From positions 14,508,001 through 14,572,000 of the forward strand of contig CM106586.1 in the NCBI GenBank assembly GCA_048013815.1: 64,000 nt of DNA, written 5' to 3'. The position numbers and the translations under genes were made by a program. A model generated the notes under the pieces. That model was not told the DNA's origin. It searched no databases and saw nothing but the letters and a program-made list of their open reading frames with translations. Shown here one piece after another: positions 1 through 12,898 of this stretch (position 1 is its first letter; each line of letters opens with the position of its first letter). This DNA is from Setoptus koraiensis (taxonomy: Eukaryota; Animalia; Arthropoda).

Positions 1-194
1 ACCATTATGTGCTCTCATTTTGCGCCGGCAGAGTGGCAGATATTATGTGTGTTATTATGTGAGTCAGTGGCTCACATAATCGAAACGGTGCCAAGATTGG
101 CCCGCAACCAAACAGACCGGGTCTAGACAGACGGCGTCGAGAGGCGCCCAAATAAAGACACAGGCGAAGCAAATAAAAAGTGGCTTAAGTCTGG

Positions 195-285
195 CAACAT
201 CAACAGCAGCAGCAACAACGACAGCAACAACGACAGGGGCAACAACAACAACAACAACAACAGCAACAACAACAACAACAACAGC

Positions 286-373
<88 letters not shown>

Positions 374-400
374 AGAGCAGCGGCAACAACAACTGCAGTG
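195..400. repeat. (CAA/CAG)n trinucleotide microsatellite
   Basis: Long run of aac/caa with interspersed cag. The poly-V/poly-L ORFs on the minus strand are artefacts of it. Confidence 0.95.
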
Positions 401-1354
401 TGCAGCATCTAGTAATCATTAGTTAGAAGTCATTCGATCGAGCTGCCGCTAACACCTCGCAGCTGGTTGTTATGTAACTGTAAACAAACAGGAAAGGTTT
501 CGAGCGAGCGAGCGGCCGGGCAGGGCAAGCAAAAGATAGGAGAAAAAGAAAGGGGAAAACAGATCGAACCAAAGATTCTTTTCGTTTTAACAGGCAGCTT
601 TTGGCCCGCTAGACACAATTAAAACTGCAACAGCAACGCGCTGTCTCCATCGAGACCATCAGATATCTCGGATAAACGTCTCGAGAGGACGGGGGCCCCT
701 TTTGAGTGTGCGTGTGTGCACCCAGGGGTCTAAGCTGGCTGCTTATTTGTGTGCATTGCATCACGGCCAAAAGCGGCACGAGAGACAGGCAGCAAGAGCT
801 TGTGAAAATTCGAAGAATCGAAACGCCAAGCAGCGCCTTCCAGCCGCAGCAGCAGAGGTACAAACGGGGCGAAATTGTCACATGTACGAGATTATTGGTG
901 GTCATCGAACGCACTCACATTTGAGACACTCGTTTATTTTTCATCATTTGCCACCCGTGCAACAACTCGACAAGTTGCGCGTGCAAATTGTGGCCCCAAC
1001 GACGGGGCCCCAATTCGCATTGGCGCGCCCAACAATTGGGGCCCAGCGGGCCTCACAATGGTAGCCTCGGCAATGGGGATAAAAGCAAGATAAAAGCAAT
1101 TTCGCACACTAGAGGTAAAGAGTGGAAGATTGCAGCCGAGGCAACTGCTAACACGCCAATATTGATTGTATGTGACAGGTAGTTAGACTCACAAATAGCA
1201 GTTTTCTCTTTCGCTGTGGCTACCATTTAACACTGACACACGCTGGCTGCTTGTGTCAGCTTAAGTCTCTTAAATAATAAAATCAAACATAAATAACGAC
1301 ACAGTGCGCCGCCGTTTCATTTGCACCGCCACCATTAAGGTCTGCCGGCACTCA

Positions 1355-1411
1355 GGCGGCCAGCGAAATCGGCGGCCAGCGAAATCGGCGGCCAGCGAAA
1401 TCAGCGGCCAG
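1355..1411. repeat. 16-bp minisatellite GGCGGCCAGCGAAATC, about 3.5 copies
   Basis: Exact copies at 1355, 1371 and 1387, plus a partial copy at 1403. Confidence 0.9.
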
Positions 1412-1951
1412 AACGGAAATAAACAGACAGTGGCTGCGGTGTAAAAAGAAACAACTTTGCTCGACACACACACACACGCACACACAAATAATTCTAATGA
1501 GTTCCGTCGCAACTTTGAGAGTTCTCTCGAGCGAAGTTCTTTCTTTTATGGCGCTGCTGTAGCAGCCTCATGTGTGTGCGTTCCATTTGCTTGATTCGAT
1601 TTGCTTCGAAGGGGTTCGAACTTCGAACAGGTTCCAAATTAGAATTTGCTCGGCTCGGCTCGATTCGTTTCGTTTCACTCTGATTCGATCGTCGCGAATG
1701 GACGGTTATTTTTGAAAAGTTCAACGCACGGCTCGCCGGCTATCATTTGCGACCATTCGCCAACTAGCAACTTTGCCTTGGTCCAATGATATCCATATTA
1801 GGCCGGCTCCGACTGCCGGCGCAGCAGTGAACAAGCTCAGCCAAGGGACCCGGCTAGACACACTCAAGTGGCAGCGCCGAGACACAAAAGCGCATACAAA
1901 AGCGCCACAACCGAAATCGGCCAGCGTAGAGTGTTGTGTACACTCACACTG

Positions 1952-1994
1952 TTGGACGGCACACCATTGGACGGCATACCATTGGACGGCACAC
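1952..1994. repeat. 15-bp tandem repeat TTGGACGGCAYACCA, about 3 copies
   Basis: Copies at 1952, 1967 and 1982 (last one partial). Confidence 0.85.
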
Positions 1995-2659
1995 GGAGAA
2001 TGGGGTTCCGGCGAGCTAGACAAACCCGCTGCGAGGAATATAAAATCATTTAGCTCGCCATGGCGCTTTGCTGCACTCGATTAGACGGCACGGGATACCT
2101 ACTGCGAAACGCTATGGCAGACGGCATGGGAGATGCCACGGGAGGTGGTCGGGTTCAAGTTGGACACAGGCCAGCAACCGCATATGAGGCCCGGCCCGCT
2201 CATATGGCTGGCGCAATGCCGATATATCGGTCCAATCGGTTCCAATGTACGATTGTAGTGGCGGCAAGCCGGCTCTCGCAGTGTGCAAGTTGCATATTGG
2301 CAAGCGACTGCCGTTACTTGCCACTAGGTGCTTGGCTGGCTAGGCTAGTGGGCCACTAGTAGTGGCTAAATTGGGGCTCCAGCCCGACTGGAGGGCCCGG
2401 CTTAAGTTGCTTTGCATCTGGCTGGCTGGCTGAGCGGGCCGTTATCTGCTGATGGCTCTACGGCTCGCCACCAATCGAGACTAATCGAAACTGGTGCTTC
2501 AGCGATTGGGGCTCCCTCTCGATCGGGTCTGCTCTTGGGTCTCTTGCCATTGACAATGGGACTTTGCGTGGCTTGTTGAGAGGGCCAGCAGCAAAGCAGC
2601 AGCCAGCGCAGCGAGACACACAAAATGAATCTGGCACCAACTATCTAATGTATACATTA

Positions 2660-2780
2660 ATTTGTTGTTGTTGTTGTTGCTGTTGTTGTTGTTTGTTGTC
2701 TAATTGGGGACACCAAGCACAGCCAAGGGCAACAAACATTACGCAACTGCGCTAATTTTCTCTCTCTCTCTCTCTCTCTG
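2660..2780. repeat. (TTG)n followed by (CT)n microsatellites
   Basis: Visible directly in the sequence. Confidence 0.85.
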
Positions 2781-3591
2781 TTTCTATATTACACATCTCG
2801 CGCTGTATGCCACTAGTGCTGGCTGTTGCCAGCGCAACGACTGTTTGCGACTGGCGACGGGACCTTAATTAAGATTCAATCTCTACTCCATCAGCTACAA
2901 GCGAGCAACTACAATTTTTCTCTCCTTCATGCGCACCCAATCCGATAGTGAAAAAGGGAGATGCCTGCTCTCCCAACCAGAGCCAGCAATCTCGCCAAAA
3001 GCACTAAATACGCGCACACTGGTACGTGGCAGCAGCGCCGCCGTAAAAAGCCGCTGCCGGGCCGGATAGCGGCAGAGGCGAATTATGGGCGAATGGACGC
3101 CGAAATCGCAGAGAATTGAAGCAAATAAACGGGGCCGCACATAAACAAAAAAGATTGCGCTCGCTTGATAAAGGCTAGCAACACATGGCAGCGAGCGACG
3201 TGCCGGTTCCGCCCGGTTCCGACGGGTTCCGACGGATTCTGAGGGGCAAAAAACACAAACGTATGTGTTGTGTTGGGGCCCCTTACATGCACACAATGGA
3301 CGCGTGTTTTCGGTTTGAATTGGCTTTTCTGGCTGCGCAAAGGTGCTTGCGCTGTTGCCAGCGAAACTGGCGGCCGTGTTCTTTCAATTTTCGCCAGCGC
3401 GCCCCATCAACAATTTTGAGGTGCATCTAATGGGAATTAAATGGCTCAAATACACAGTGACAAGCGTTTATAATAGCCTTTCAGTGTTTCTATTAAATGG
3501 CCATTAATCAAACCAGACACTCATGTAGATGGAGATTAAGACAATTCGGCGAAACATTTCGCCAGTTTGCTGGAGAATTTTCTCGACGAAT

Positions 3592-3630
3592 GCCTTATGG
3601 GTAGCTGGCAGCAGCCAGCTACCCATAGGC
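3592..3630. other. Perfect 14-bp inverted repeat (hairpin) with 4-nt loop
   Basis: TATGGGTAGCTGGC (3596-3609), loop AGCA, GCCAGCTACCCATA (3614-3627); extends by GCC/GGC past a 1-nt bulge. Confidence 0.85.
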
Positions 3631-4299
3631 AAATGTGAGTGTTGTGTTGGAAAGAAAAAAACTAGTTAGTGACGATGTACGGGCGAGATTGCTAATAATG
3701 ATAGCGAGCAATAATGACACTGTTGCTAATAGACAAACAGACTGGCAGCCAAATAGTGAAACCTGGCCAGCACTAATGCAACGGATAATAATAACAAATT
3801 GGTGAAATTCATTAACTTGGCTGTAGTGTTTTGACTTGCAGTGTTTGCGGTTCGACTTTATTTAAGAAACTAAGAGAAAAAATAGGCGAGTTGCTCGCCT
3901 CGGGCGAAAAGCTTCGAGAAAGTTCGCAGGCGAGCCAGACTCATTCATCATCGGCAAGCATCGCCATCAGCCCCAATGGGCCAGCTGTGGGTCCTCTGGT
4001 AATATGTTTTATTGTGCATGCCGTTGCGCTGATGAGCAAACAGCGGCGCCCCCAGATCAATTAATGGCCAAACTTATTACAGTGTGTAATTATTTATTTA
4101 TCCGTTTGCGCTAGCCAGACGGACGGTCATTAATCGTTACGCACGAGCTTTGTATCTAACGATCTATCGGCATCACTCTCAATCCAATTAAATTTATCCA
4201 TATATCCGGATCGTGTCACGGGTCCGGTTTCGTTGTGTTCTTTCACACAATCGTCTGCCCACACGCTGTCTTTACGCTGGCTGGCTGGTTGGCTATTTC

Positions 4300-4361
4300 G
4301 AGGATCACGTGTGGGCGATATGGCCCATACCAGCATGGCCATATCGCCCACACGTATCCTC
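4300..4361. other. 62-nt stem-loop of pre-miRNA size (candidate only)
   Basis: ACGTGTGGGCGATATGGCC (4307-4325) pairs perfectly with GGCCATATCGCCCACACGT (4337-4355). The loop is 11 nt. GAGGAT/ATCCTC adds 6 bp past a 1-nt bulge. Confidence 0.6.
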
Positions 4362-5356
4362 ACGTCATATTTGCCCAGGTGATGCAAGCGTCGCTCGATA
4401 GATTAACTGGTGTGGCATTATATTTGCTAATGATATTTATGTATTGTGTGTCCATCGATTGATGTTATGCCATTGTTTGCCCGGTGTTAGTTGCCAAACA
4501 CCGGGCAAACCCCAGTGGTCAGTGGTCCAATTTAGACCAAATACAGTATTGGCCATTGGCCAAAACGGCGTCACACAACACCAAATAATGTTGCTTTTAT
4601 TGTTACGGCAATGGCATTACGTATTAAAGTGCATCATCATGTTAGTGTGTCTTGAACGTGTCCAACTCAACCAAACAAGTTTGTCGTTCATTTATGCAAT
4701 TGCCAGTATGCAAAACGCTGTCACGGGCACGGGCACTGGCACGTCCACGTTATCTAAATAAAACTATTGATTGTTATGCCTCGAAGAGCGGCCAATACCG
4801 CGTTAGGTTAGGTGCCAACGCTCTCATTGAATGCTCCAGTCAATCGACCAGTCAACATTATAACACAATGTCAGTCAACATAACATAATAGCATGTCCGG
4901 ACATGGCGAATCCGGCAATTATTTGCCTCAAGCCCATCACCAATGTAATGGGCAGTGAATGGGCATCCAGATGGCTAACACGGTAGGGCTTCACTTTTGG
5001 CCTCAATGTTATCAGCTTCTTTTCATTCCGAGTCACTTATTAGTCTTGCAATCGCACACAATGGACATTGTTTGCTTTCTTGCTAACTTATCAAGCTGGC
5101 CCCATCAGAGCCACACATTGGACATCTTGCAAAATTTTATTATCGGCTGACCTTTGGCACGGTGCCTTCAATTAACGTGCCAGCATTATAGCAGCAGCAG
5201 CCAAAAAGGCAGTCAATTATTGCAGTGTCTGATTACTGGAAACGACTGATAATCTGTTCAGTTCCAGCTTGGCGAAAAATCGCTTGCCGGCGAACTGCAA
5301 ATAGGTACGTCGACGTTTTTGCTTGCACCGAAAAAACCTATTGTGGCAATTTTTTC

Positions 5357-5436
5357 TCGAGAAAATTTCTTCGAGAAAATTTCTTCGAGAAAATTTCTTC
5401 GAGAAAATTTCTTCGAGAAAATTTCTTCGAGAAATT
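5357..5436. repeat. 14-bp tandem repeat TCGAGAAAATTTCT, 5 full copies plus a partial
   Basis: Exact copies at 5357, 5371, 5385, 5399 and 5413; partial at 5427. Confidence 0.95.
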
Positions 5437-8400
5437 ACTGAAAATTTCTCTGAAATTTTCGGATGTTTTTTTTTCTCATGAGCCATGAGTCACGAGTCAT
5501 GACTCCGACTAGGACAGCTTGAAATCGAGATATTATCCTCAACAAACGAGTGAGTTTCCGAGACAAATGGTGCAAGCAGAACTACATTCACTTGCATCCA
5601 AAATTATGAAACTGGGGAATCACATTTTGATGTGTCGCTTGATTGCAAGTTGTGAGCTCCAGCTCAATCAAGTCGAATAACCGATATGTTTTCTAATCAT
5701 ATCCACAGGACTATCGGAGAAAGTTGGGCTATGTCCCGAACAAATAACTGCGGATTCTGTGTGCCCCACCGGCTGGATTACCTTGCTGGTAATACTTGTC
5801 TTCGCTCGAATGACAGCAGCCTGCTCGGATCGAACTGACCAACCCACATCCAGAATGAGGCCCGATCAAGCAGGCTTACGGCGAGAATACTGGCGCAAGC
5901 ATTCGCAGAAATGGGTGCCCGCTATCTCTGTTGACGGCATTATTATGTGAGTTATATAATGAAGGCTGTGAGTGGAATCATTAGCCATTATTGCACTGCC
6001 ATGTCAACTTGTCTAAATGGTCAACTTGTCTATTTATCTCACATGGCGCCCATACAACAAATAGCGCCTGAAACACCACCTGACAAGCCAAATCAAAGCC
6101 AAGCGGCGAGAATAATAATGAAAACAACAATAACGGTTACCGTTAAAGGTGATACAGCCAAACATAACTGTCGACACACTGACACATCTCATGCAATGAT
6201 TGTTTGTGGGGTCTCGCCAATGGCACTAGTTACGTCATGTAAGTTACATGACACTTATAGAGCAATGAATTGAACATGAGATGATAGTAATTGTCTGGTC
6301 TCGGGCAATAACATAATTGTTGCCATTACGGGCACAACACAGCGAATACATGCAAAACACAGATAGTTGCATCAAATGCACTTAGCTTGAAAGCAAGCGA
6401 GTGGCAACGGTCACAATAATGGCGACCAGCTTACGAGTAGGGCTTCTATGTGGCGTACTTCCGTTGGCGCATCAATTCGCCAACCGAACGCCAATTAGTC
6501 TATCTACTCTGTTTTTGTCATTATTTTCTCAATTCTAGAGAAATCGCTGACCGGGCTTATTCGAGCTTGCCCATGGGCTCAATTGCATGATTATTGACTG
6601 AACTGAACACAACTAAATTGTGTCGTATAATGGGGCCAATTTGAGGCCAGTCGTAAAAAGGAGATCCTGTAGTCCTGCAGGGGAGTGGTGGCAAAGTTGC
6701 GGGAGATCAATGTACGAATATAAAACAATAACATACAACCGACGTAATACTGTGCATTATGTTTGTTTTTCATTGTTTGACCATAAAGACTCATTTAGAT
6801 TTGTTGGCTTTGGCGGCCATCGGAGGGCTCGGCCATGGCCAATCCGCCATGCCAAATCCGCTCGCCTCGCCAAACACACAACGACGCAAGCAACGGATAA
6901 ATGCTAATAGCTCTCTCAAAACATTACAAGCCACCATGGGATGCAATGGAATGGAATAGAAACAGACCGAACAGCGGGTAAAATGCAACTTTTATTGGAT
7001 TTGCTCTTTCCTACTTGCATATGAATAATTCTAGATAGTACTTATTTTATTCTACAGTCTCACAACTACAAGCTGACACACCAGCAACAAATTGTGTTTG
7101 TCAGATTTTCACCAATAAAACAACGACAATACAGTTTGGGAATTTGTCGCAACTAACGAGCAAATGGGATAGTGTGATTATGTTATTTGAGGAGCGCGAT
7201 AAACAATGGTAGCTTCTAAAGCGGGCCAATTCTACATTTTGGGGCCACCACATTCTAACCATTGGCCAAGCTCAGATTGACAGATAGCCCAGAAAGAAAC
7301 TAGAAAGAAACCAGAAAGAAACACTTTGTGTTCAGTGGCATACGATAATTCGTGTCGGCATTATATTTTTTGCAATGTTAATTGGATCATCAACAACTAC
7401 CATGTTAATCACTTTGCTGTTACATGTAAATGTGCGTACAGCCTAAAATTTCACCAAGCGCCCTTTTTCGCTCTGGCCTCTGAATTTTAAGTTCACTTGT
7501 TCACTATTCGTAGATTGTTCACGGACGAATATCAGATGAATGAAACGGATGAATAAATAATTGTCCTCACGTCATTGTCTGACTTTTTACAATGGTTGTG
7601 ATGTAAATTTTAACATTTCAACCCTGGCCATGTCTAATGAAATTAACGGCGAATGCTACATATATATCAATATCTACATTCTATCTATGCAATACGCAGA
7701 TATGCTAGATTACTCACCTTTTCGCCTCGGCATTCGTAGGCCACCACAGTTATCAGTAATTTTCCTGTATTTCGAGGGAGAAACAAAAGGTCCATAAAGA
7801 CACATTAGAGGGATGTTGAGATGGAAATTTGGCACGAAGCCAGTCTAATTTTGAATACATATTCATATATGATTCCGAGAAGCAAATTGCTGGTTCGCAA
7901 AGGTAAGAAACTGTGTTTATAGGGGTGATCTCATAATGCGACATCCAAATAAAAATGAAAGCTCGGTGGTCGCTTTTGCCGATTCACCTGGTCAAGTGTT
8001 GAGATAGGTGATCGGTGATCAGGTGGTGTTGGCATCGACCAACTGGCGCTCAGAAATTCGTCAAGTTGGATTTTCTCTCTAATGGGGCTCTAATTTGAAC
8101 TATATTGGATCAACTTGTCATAGATGAACCCGAGGAGTCAAGTTGAAACATATTTACATGTGTGCACAAACACATTAGGTTGAACCTTGGTCATCTGGCG
8201 TCTTTCAATTTAATTTGTCTACTGTCGGTTGTTGGCACCACCATATACCACAACGTGCAACAACAAGTAAGCTAATAAGTATTAACTCGCGCGTGCTATA
8301 AGACGTGTGATAGTTAATTAACAAGTTTCCCATGTGACTAATGTGTATCAACTAACGTGTGTGCCATGTGTGATACTATTTAGCTGGCCACTACTAATAC

Positions 8401-9778
8401 TTTGGTATTAGTTACGTTGTAGCTGGTGCACAGTAATAACATTGAGTATCAAACAGTATCAACGTTGCCACCAACAACAACACCACCAACCAAAACAGCG
8501 CGCCTATCTAATACAATAATGACAATAATGTTATGTAACTATTGTCGTTGCTGGTTATCACCATTTTCTCGGTAGTTGTCGTTTTTCTTCCCCTGCCCTT
8601 ATGTACAATATACACGGTAGCCAATAGTCGAATGAGCAAAAGAAGAGATATTACATAATCATCTTTTAGCGTGACATCAACCAACTAACCATCGTCAAGC
8701 TAGTTAGTGTTAAGTTACTGTTAGCTTGGTGATGGTTATGACTAGGTAACGCTGCTGACCGGAGCTTGAATGAAAACCGCCGTCAACCTGTGAGTTAGCT
8801 GGAACCAGTCACTGAGTCACTAACAACTATGGCACCTACAACACATATTATAGCAAGCACGTTGCATAATATCAACTAGGTATCGTTACTTCGACATGAT
8901 AAAATCCACCGCTTAATGCGCTCACATGTACACTATGGCCAATATTACCATTACTATTATCATTATTAATATTACTATAATAGCCACTATGCCTCACCGA
9001 GTTCAAGTTGGTCGCCTATCAAGATCGCTATCATCGAGATAACTGTCGGGTATCAAGAGATCAGCTTCGCTCAGTTGAGATGGTGATTCGTATGCAGCGA
9101 CAACTCGACAGCATGATCTATATTCAGCGATGATGTACAAATCATTTATCATACGAGCATTGTTTAATTGTCAAGTCACTTGTGAGTGCCGGCAACTTTG
9201 ATAGAGTGTATTGTGAGAAATAGAGAATCCAGCCATGGATGTCAGCAGAGTGTTTCGATGATCGGATGAAAATTCGGGGATCAAATTTCAAAACGTCGAA
9301 CATATAACAGTCGAAAATTAGAATGTCGAACACCGAAGTCGAATCACTTGGATTCTATGCATTCTTATTCGACGCATTTGCAGCCGATCATCAATGTATT
9401 TGATGATGTACTGTTCGCCTGTACATCGAATCGGAAAACTGAGAGCACTAGATTATTTTTTGTAAAATAGATTAGTAGCAGATAATCAGAATAGTCCCTG
9501 GTATTGAAATTTTATAAATTCGATCATCAGACATTCGACTTTCAGTGTTCGATAGAGTAATTTCCGAAGTTCCGATATTCGGCGCATCGGCTACTTCCAG
9601 AAAATTCGCCGGTTCCTTTCCGGAAATGTTTTTCGGAAAGGAATTCACGTTTTTTTTTTGAACAGTAAAGCGAGTTTTCAGAATAAAATTGATCGGTTTT
9701 TCCGAAATGAAAATCATTTTTTTGTATCAGTGAAAAATAGGAAGAAGTGTCCGCAAAATGAAAACTACAAGTACTCAC

Positions 9779-10415
9779 CTCCGATTTGTAGCACTCGACT
9801 TATCTCAATTAGTATGCTCAATGAATGCCTTCTTGTCACAGAACTATGATGCAACAAATCAGCACAAATTACGCCATCAAACTTATCAGAACAAAATGGC
9901 AATCTGTGCTGGTCAGCTGACAAGCAATCATTGTGAAGGCCTTCAAAACTATTAATCAAATGATTTCTGGTATCAATTGAACTGGTGGCAATATTAATCA
10001 GCAGTTTATTGTTGGTCAGTCTGGACACTTGTTTGCGTGCATCTAAAATTTGTTTCATTTGTTGTTGCTGCTGAAAATTTTTCGCTTTATCTTCGGTAAT
10101 TTTATCTGTCTTATTGCCAACTTGAACTAATACCAATGGACCATTCAAAGTTAACAAAAAGTCTCTAATGAAAGCCTCGACGGTCAAATCACTATTTTGT
10201 AAGTGACCACAATCACTGGTACTACTATTTTGAACGATTTTCTGTTGTGTTGTCTTTTCGTCGCCTTGATCACTTGTGTCTGAATATGACTGTCTTGAGT
10301 TCCTTCTTTTTCTTCTTTTGTGCTGACGCGTTGGACTATCTTTTTTGGCTCTCTTCTTTTTATGTTTCTTTAACTTTTTATGTTTCTTTGATTGCTTCTC
10401 TGTTTCGGGACTCAT
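9779..10415 (-). CDS. TRMT9B: TRMT9B/KIAA1456/ALKBH8-like class I methyltransferase-fold protein, degenerate; partial (exon)
   Basis: LPFCSDKFDGVICADLLHHSSVTRRHSLSILIEISRVLQIGG aligns by eye to the Trm9 family motif LPFRxxxFDAxISIAVIHHxST..RR..Al.E..RVL..GG. The N-terminus is Lys/Arg-rich. The frame ends at a GGAG|GTGAGT donor (9779/9778); the next exon was not found. Confidence 0.6.
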
Positions 10416-11139
10416 CGTCGCTGACTAATCTATTCTAGACTTGAATCACCAGATTATTTATTCTTCTCACTTTGTCTGTGCCTCACCTTCGAGTGACCTC
10501 AGTATCTTTGTGTATGGTTGGAATATGGTATGCTAATGAGTGCTGATGATTTGAAACATATATGATTCGACAAGCTAATATATGCTGCTGCTGGTAATCT
10601 TACAATATAATCTGATATGCCGATATGGCGATAATTTAATATGCTGATATGTTTCACGATGGGCATACGGGCAAAGTGAATGCAAAGCACTCTTTGGTTG
10701 CAGCTAACTCAACGGACAATAGCAATTTTCAACGATGATTACATAACTTTCAACTGAATGAACGAATGCAAATTGTTTGCATGTATACGTTCTATCTTAA
10801 CTCGGGCAATAAACATTATGGCACGATAGCACGTGCAAACAAATGCGTCTTGAAATGCGCTTACCGAGCGGCACCTGCGCTCTGGTTTGTCATGTGCCGA
10901 GTTTGCGCCTCCTGAATGCAGTTTTATCTCCCTCTCTGGGTCCCCAAAAAGCAACGCTCGAAGCGCCAGCTGGCTAGACACAAACAAACTGCTAATCTTA
11001 GTGGGAACATATATCTCTATCAATAATCATGTCCCAGTTACAGCAACAGCGTAACAACTATTTGAGAGGCTATCGGTCGAGCACAGGTTTTCAGTTGCTT
11101 CATATTATCCACGAATTACGGATTTCGTTGGTTGTGACA

Positions 11140-12555
11140 TTCCAACAAAAAGACAAAGAAAAAATGACTGGTACTTTGCTGTTTTTATTGATAAATGACA
11201 ATTGAGTTGTCAGAGAGCTCTGGGTGTTATCTTCTTTCGAGCAAATACCAAATTTGTGATACCATGTTCGAATATGATCAATGGAATCGAATAAGTGAAT
11301 CAACTTAATGATAGGAAATATTTCAACCAATCGATCCAAAGCCATGAAAAGCGTGGCTGGCAGTGCGGATTTAGCGTAATTACTAGAAAAATCACACTAT
11401 GAACATTTGGAAATGTTTTTTTCCATCAGAGAAATATTTTTTATTTATTTATTTTCAGACATCAATTATAAGATGATGACATTCACACGGTTTTATTTTG
11501 TGATGGGAATGAGGCGTTATGTGAAACTAAATTTGTCGACAAAATATTACGCCCCAGTTTTCTCGCTCACAAGTTTCGAGCAAACGAAGTCGAGCTTCTA
11601 AAAAGTCGAGCTTTTGATAGTCGATCTTTCGTACGCCACCCCGATAACTCATTTATCGAAACAACAATTGTTATAGTCAATAAGTTGAGACTAATGAGTT
11701 GCTTATAATTCCAAGCCCGCCATTTCGTTAGTTCGATGCTACAGATATCCTCGACCAGACATGGCAGTAACAGTTAGACGAATCTCATTCTTTTTCATCA
11801 ACTCACTAAATGTATGAGGCATTTGCTCCAAGTGAGCATCCGTCGATCCAAGAGAATAATTGTTCTCCAACAGATCTAACAATTTCAGAGAGTTCTCATG
11901 AGTTCTCTCATATCCAATCATGGTCAGCAATACTCCTATTGTCTGGGAATATTCCACAGACAGAGATATGAAAACACTATATTTTCTTTCCCCGATTGCC
12001 TTTATGATAGTGTAGAGGCGCCTCACCATGTAAAATACTAGCTGAATATAACTTACGTAGAAAGTTATGAGAATCTGTTCTCTGATCAACAGCATTATAT
12101 TATTGTGCAAATCGAAGTCCTAGTCCAAAGGTCGTGATTATAGATTGGTTCGATGGATATGCATATCTATACTTTAATTTGGTCAAGCGATGCATGGGGG
12201 TTTAAATTTTGCATCTAGAAGCTCATCTCCAACTGCAGATGAAAAGGAATAGCAAATGAAATAATTACGTAATTACGTACATGCAATATCGGGGGCGGGG
12301 GGAATATAACTTTTTAAAGAACGAGTAATTCCGTGTGAATGAAACACACTGCATAAAATCTGCCAGCACTGCATTATGACTTTCGGAATTCGGATAATCA
12401 TCAGATGATATCACAGGAACTAATTAGCATACAGTCTAGTCTAGTTTATGTGAGATTATGTTATAATGAAAGTGAAAGAAAGACACCCTTACCTATCAAC
12501 TGGTACACTGGCAAGGCTTCGCGTGAAGCGAAGCAAAACCAATCCTGTAAGTACA
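11140..12555 (-). CDS. Putative exons of an unidentified spliced gene
   Basis: AG/GT-bounded open segments: ERAEQEMYLQDWFCFASREALPVYQLIG near 12555-12470, open frame 12110-11739, and NYAKSALPATLFMALDRLVEIFPIIKL... near 11380-11170. No family recognised and the phases were not reconciled. Confidence 0.3.
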
Positions 12556-12844
12556 TTTCTTGTTCGGCACGTTCCTACAACAATGGTCAATCCGGAACTG
12601 CTACCTCGACTAATGAGCGCACTCATCCGAAAAGTGACAAATTGTCTGCCAGTTATGTAACGCTAAAACTGGTCCACTGTTTATTAGGTTATGTTATAAG
12701 CACAATCACACTACTTCATTACTGAGTTGACCCTACCCTGTAAAAGGCAGTTTACATGTGAATACAACTAGTTAGCTAAAAAGCTGTTGTGTATCATTTT
12801 TATCTTGTACTCCACTATAAATTTAATGTCATTAACTACTACTT

Positions 12845-12898
12845 TTTAGGCCGTGAATTCAATTCACACTGGCATGTGAAATAATTTCACGGCCTAAA
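12845..12898. other. 54-nt inverted-repeat hairpin
   Basis: TTTAGGCCGTGAA (12845-12857) pairs perfectly with TTCACGGCCTAAA (12886-12898); inner TTCACA/TGTGAA stem. Confidence 0.75.

Noticed and set aside
64-419. Poly-Val and poly-Leu ORFs on the minus strand
   Set aside because: Translations of the (CAA)n microsatellite. The plus-strand poly-Gln frame has an upstream stop and no ATG.
4130-4387. ORF with MLVWAIS as a possible next exon of the TRMT9B-like gene
   Set aside because: The VWA match arises inside the palindrome, lies 5.4 kb away, and has no in-phase acceptor.
12845-12898. Resemblance of the hairpin arm to miR-263 (GAATTCACGG)
   Set aside because: Only the 3' end matches; the seed and arm position do not.
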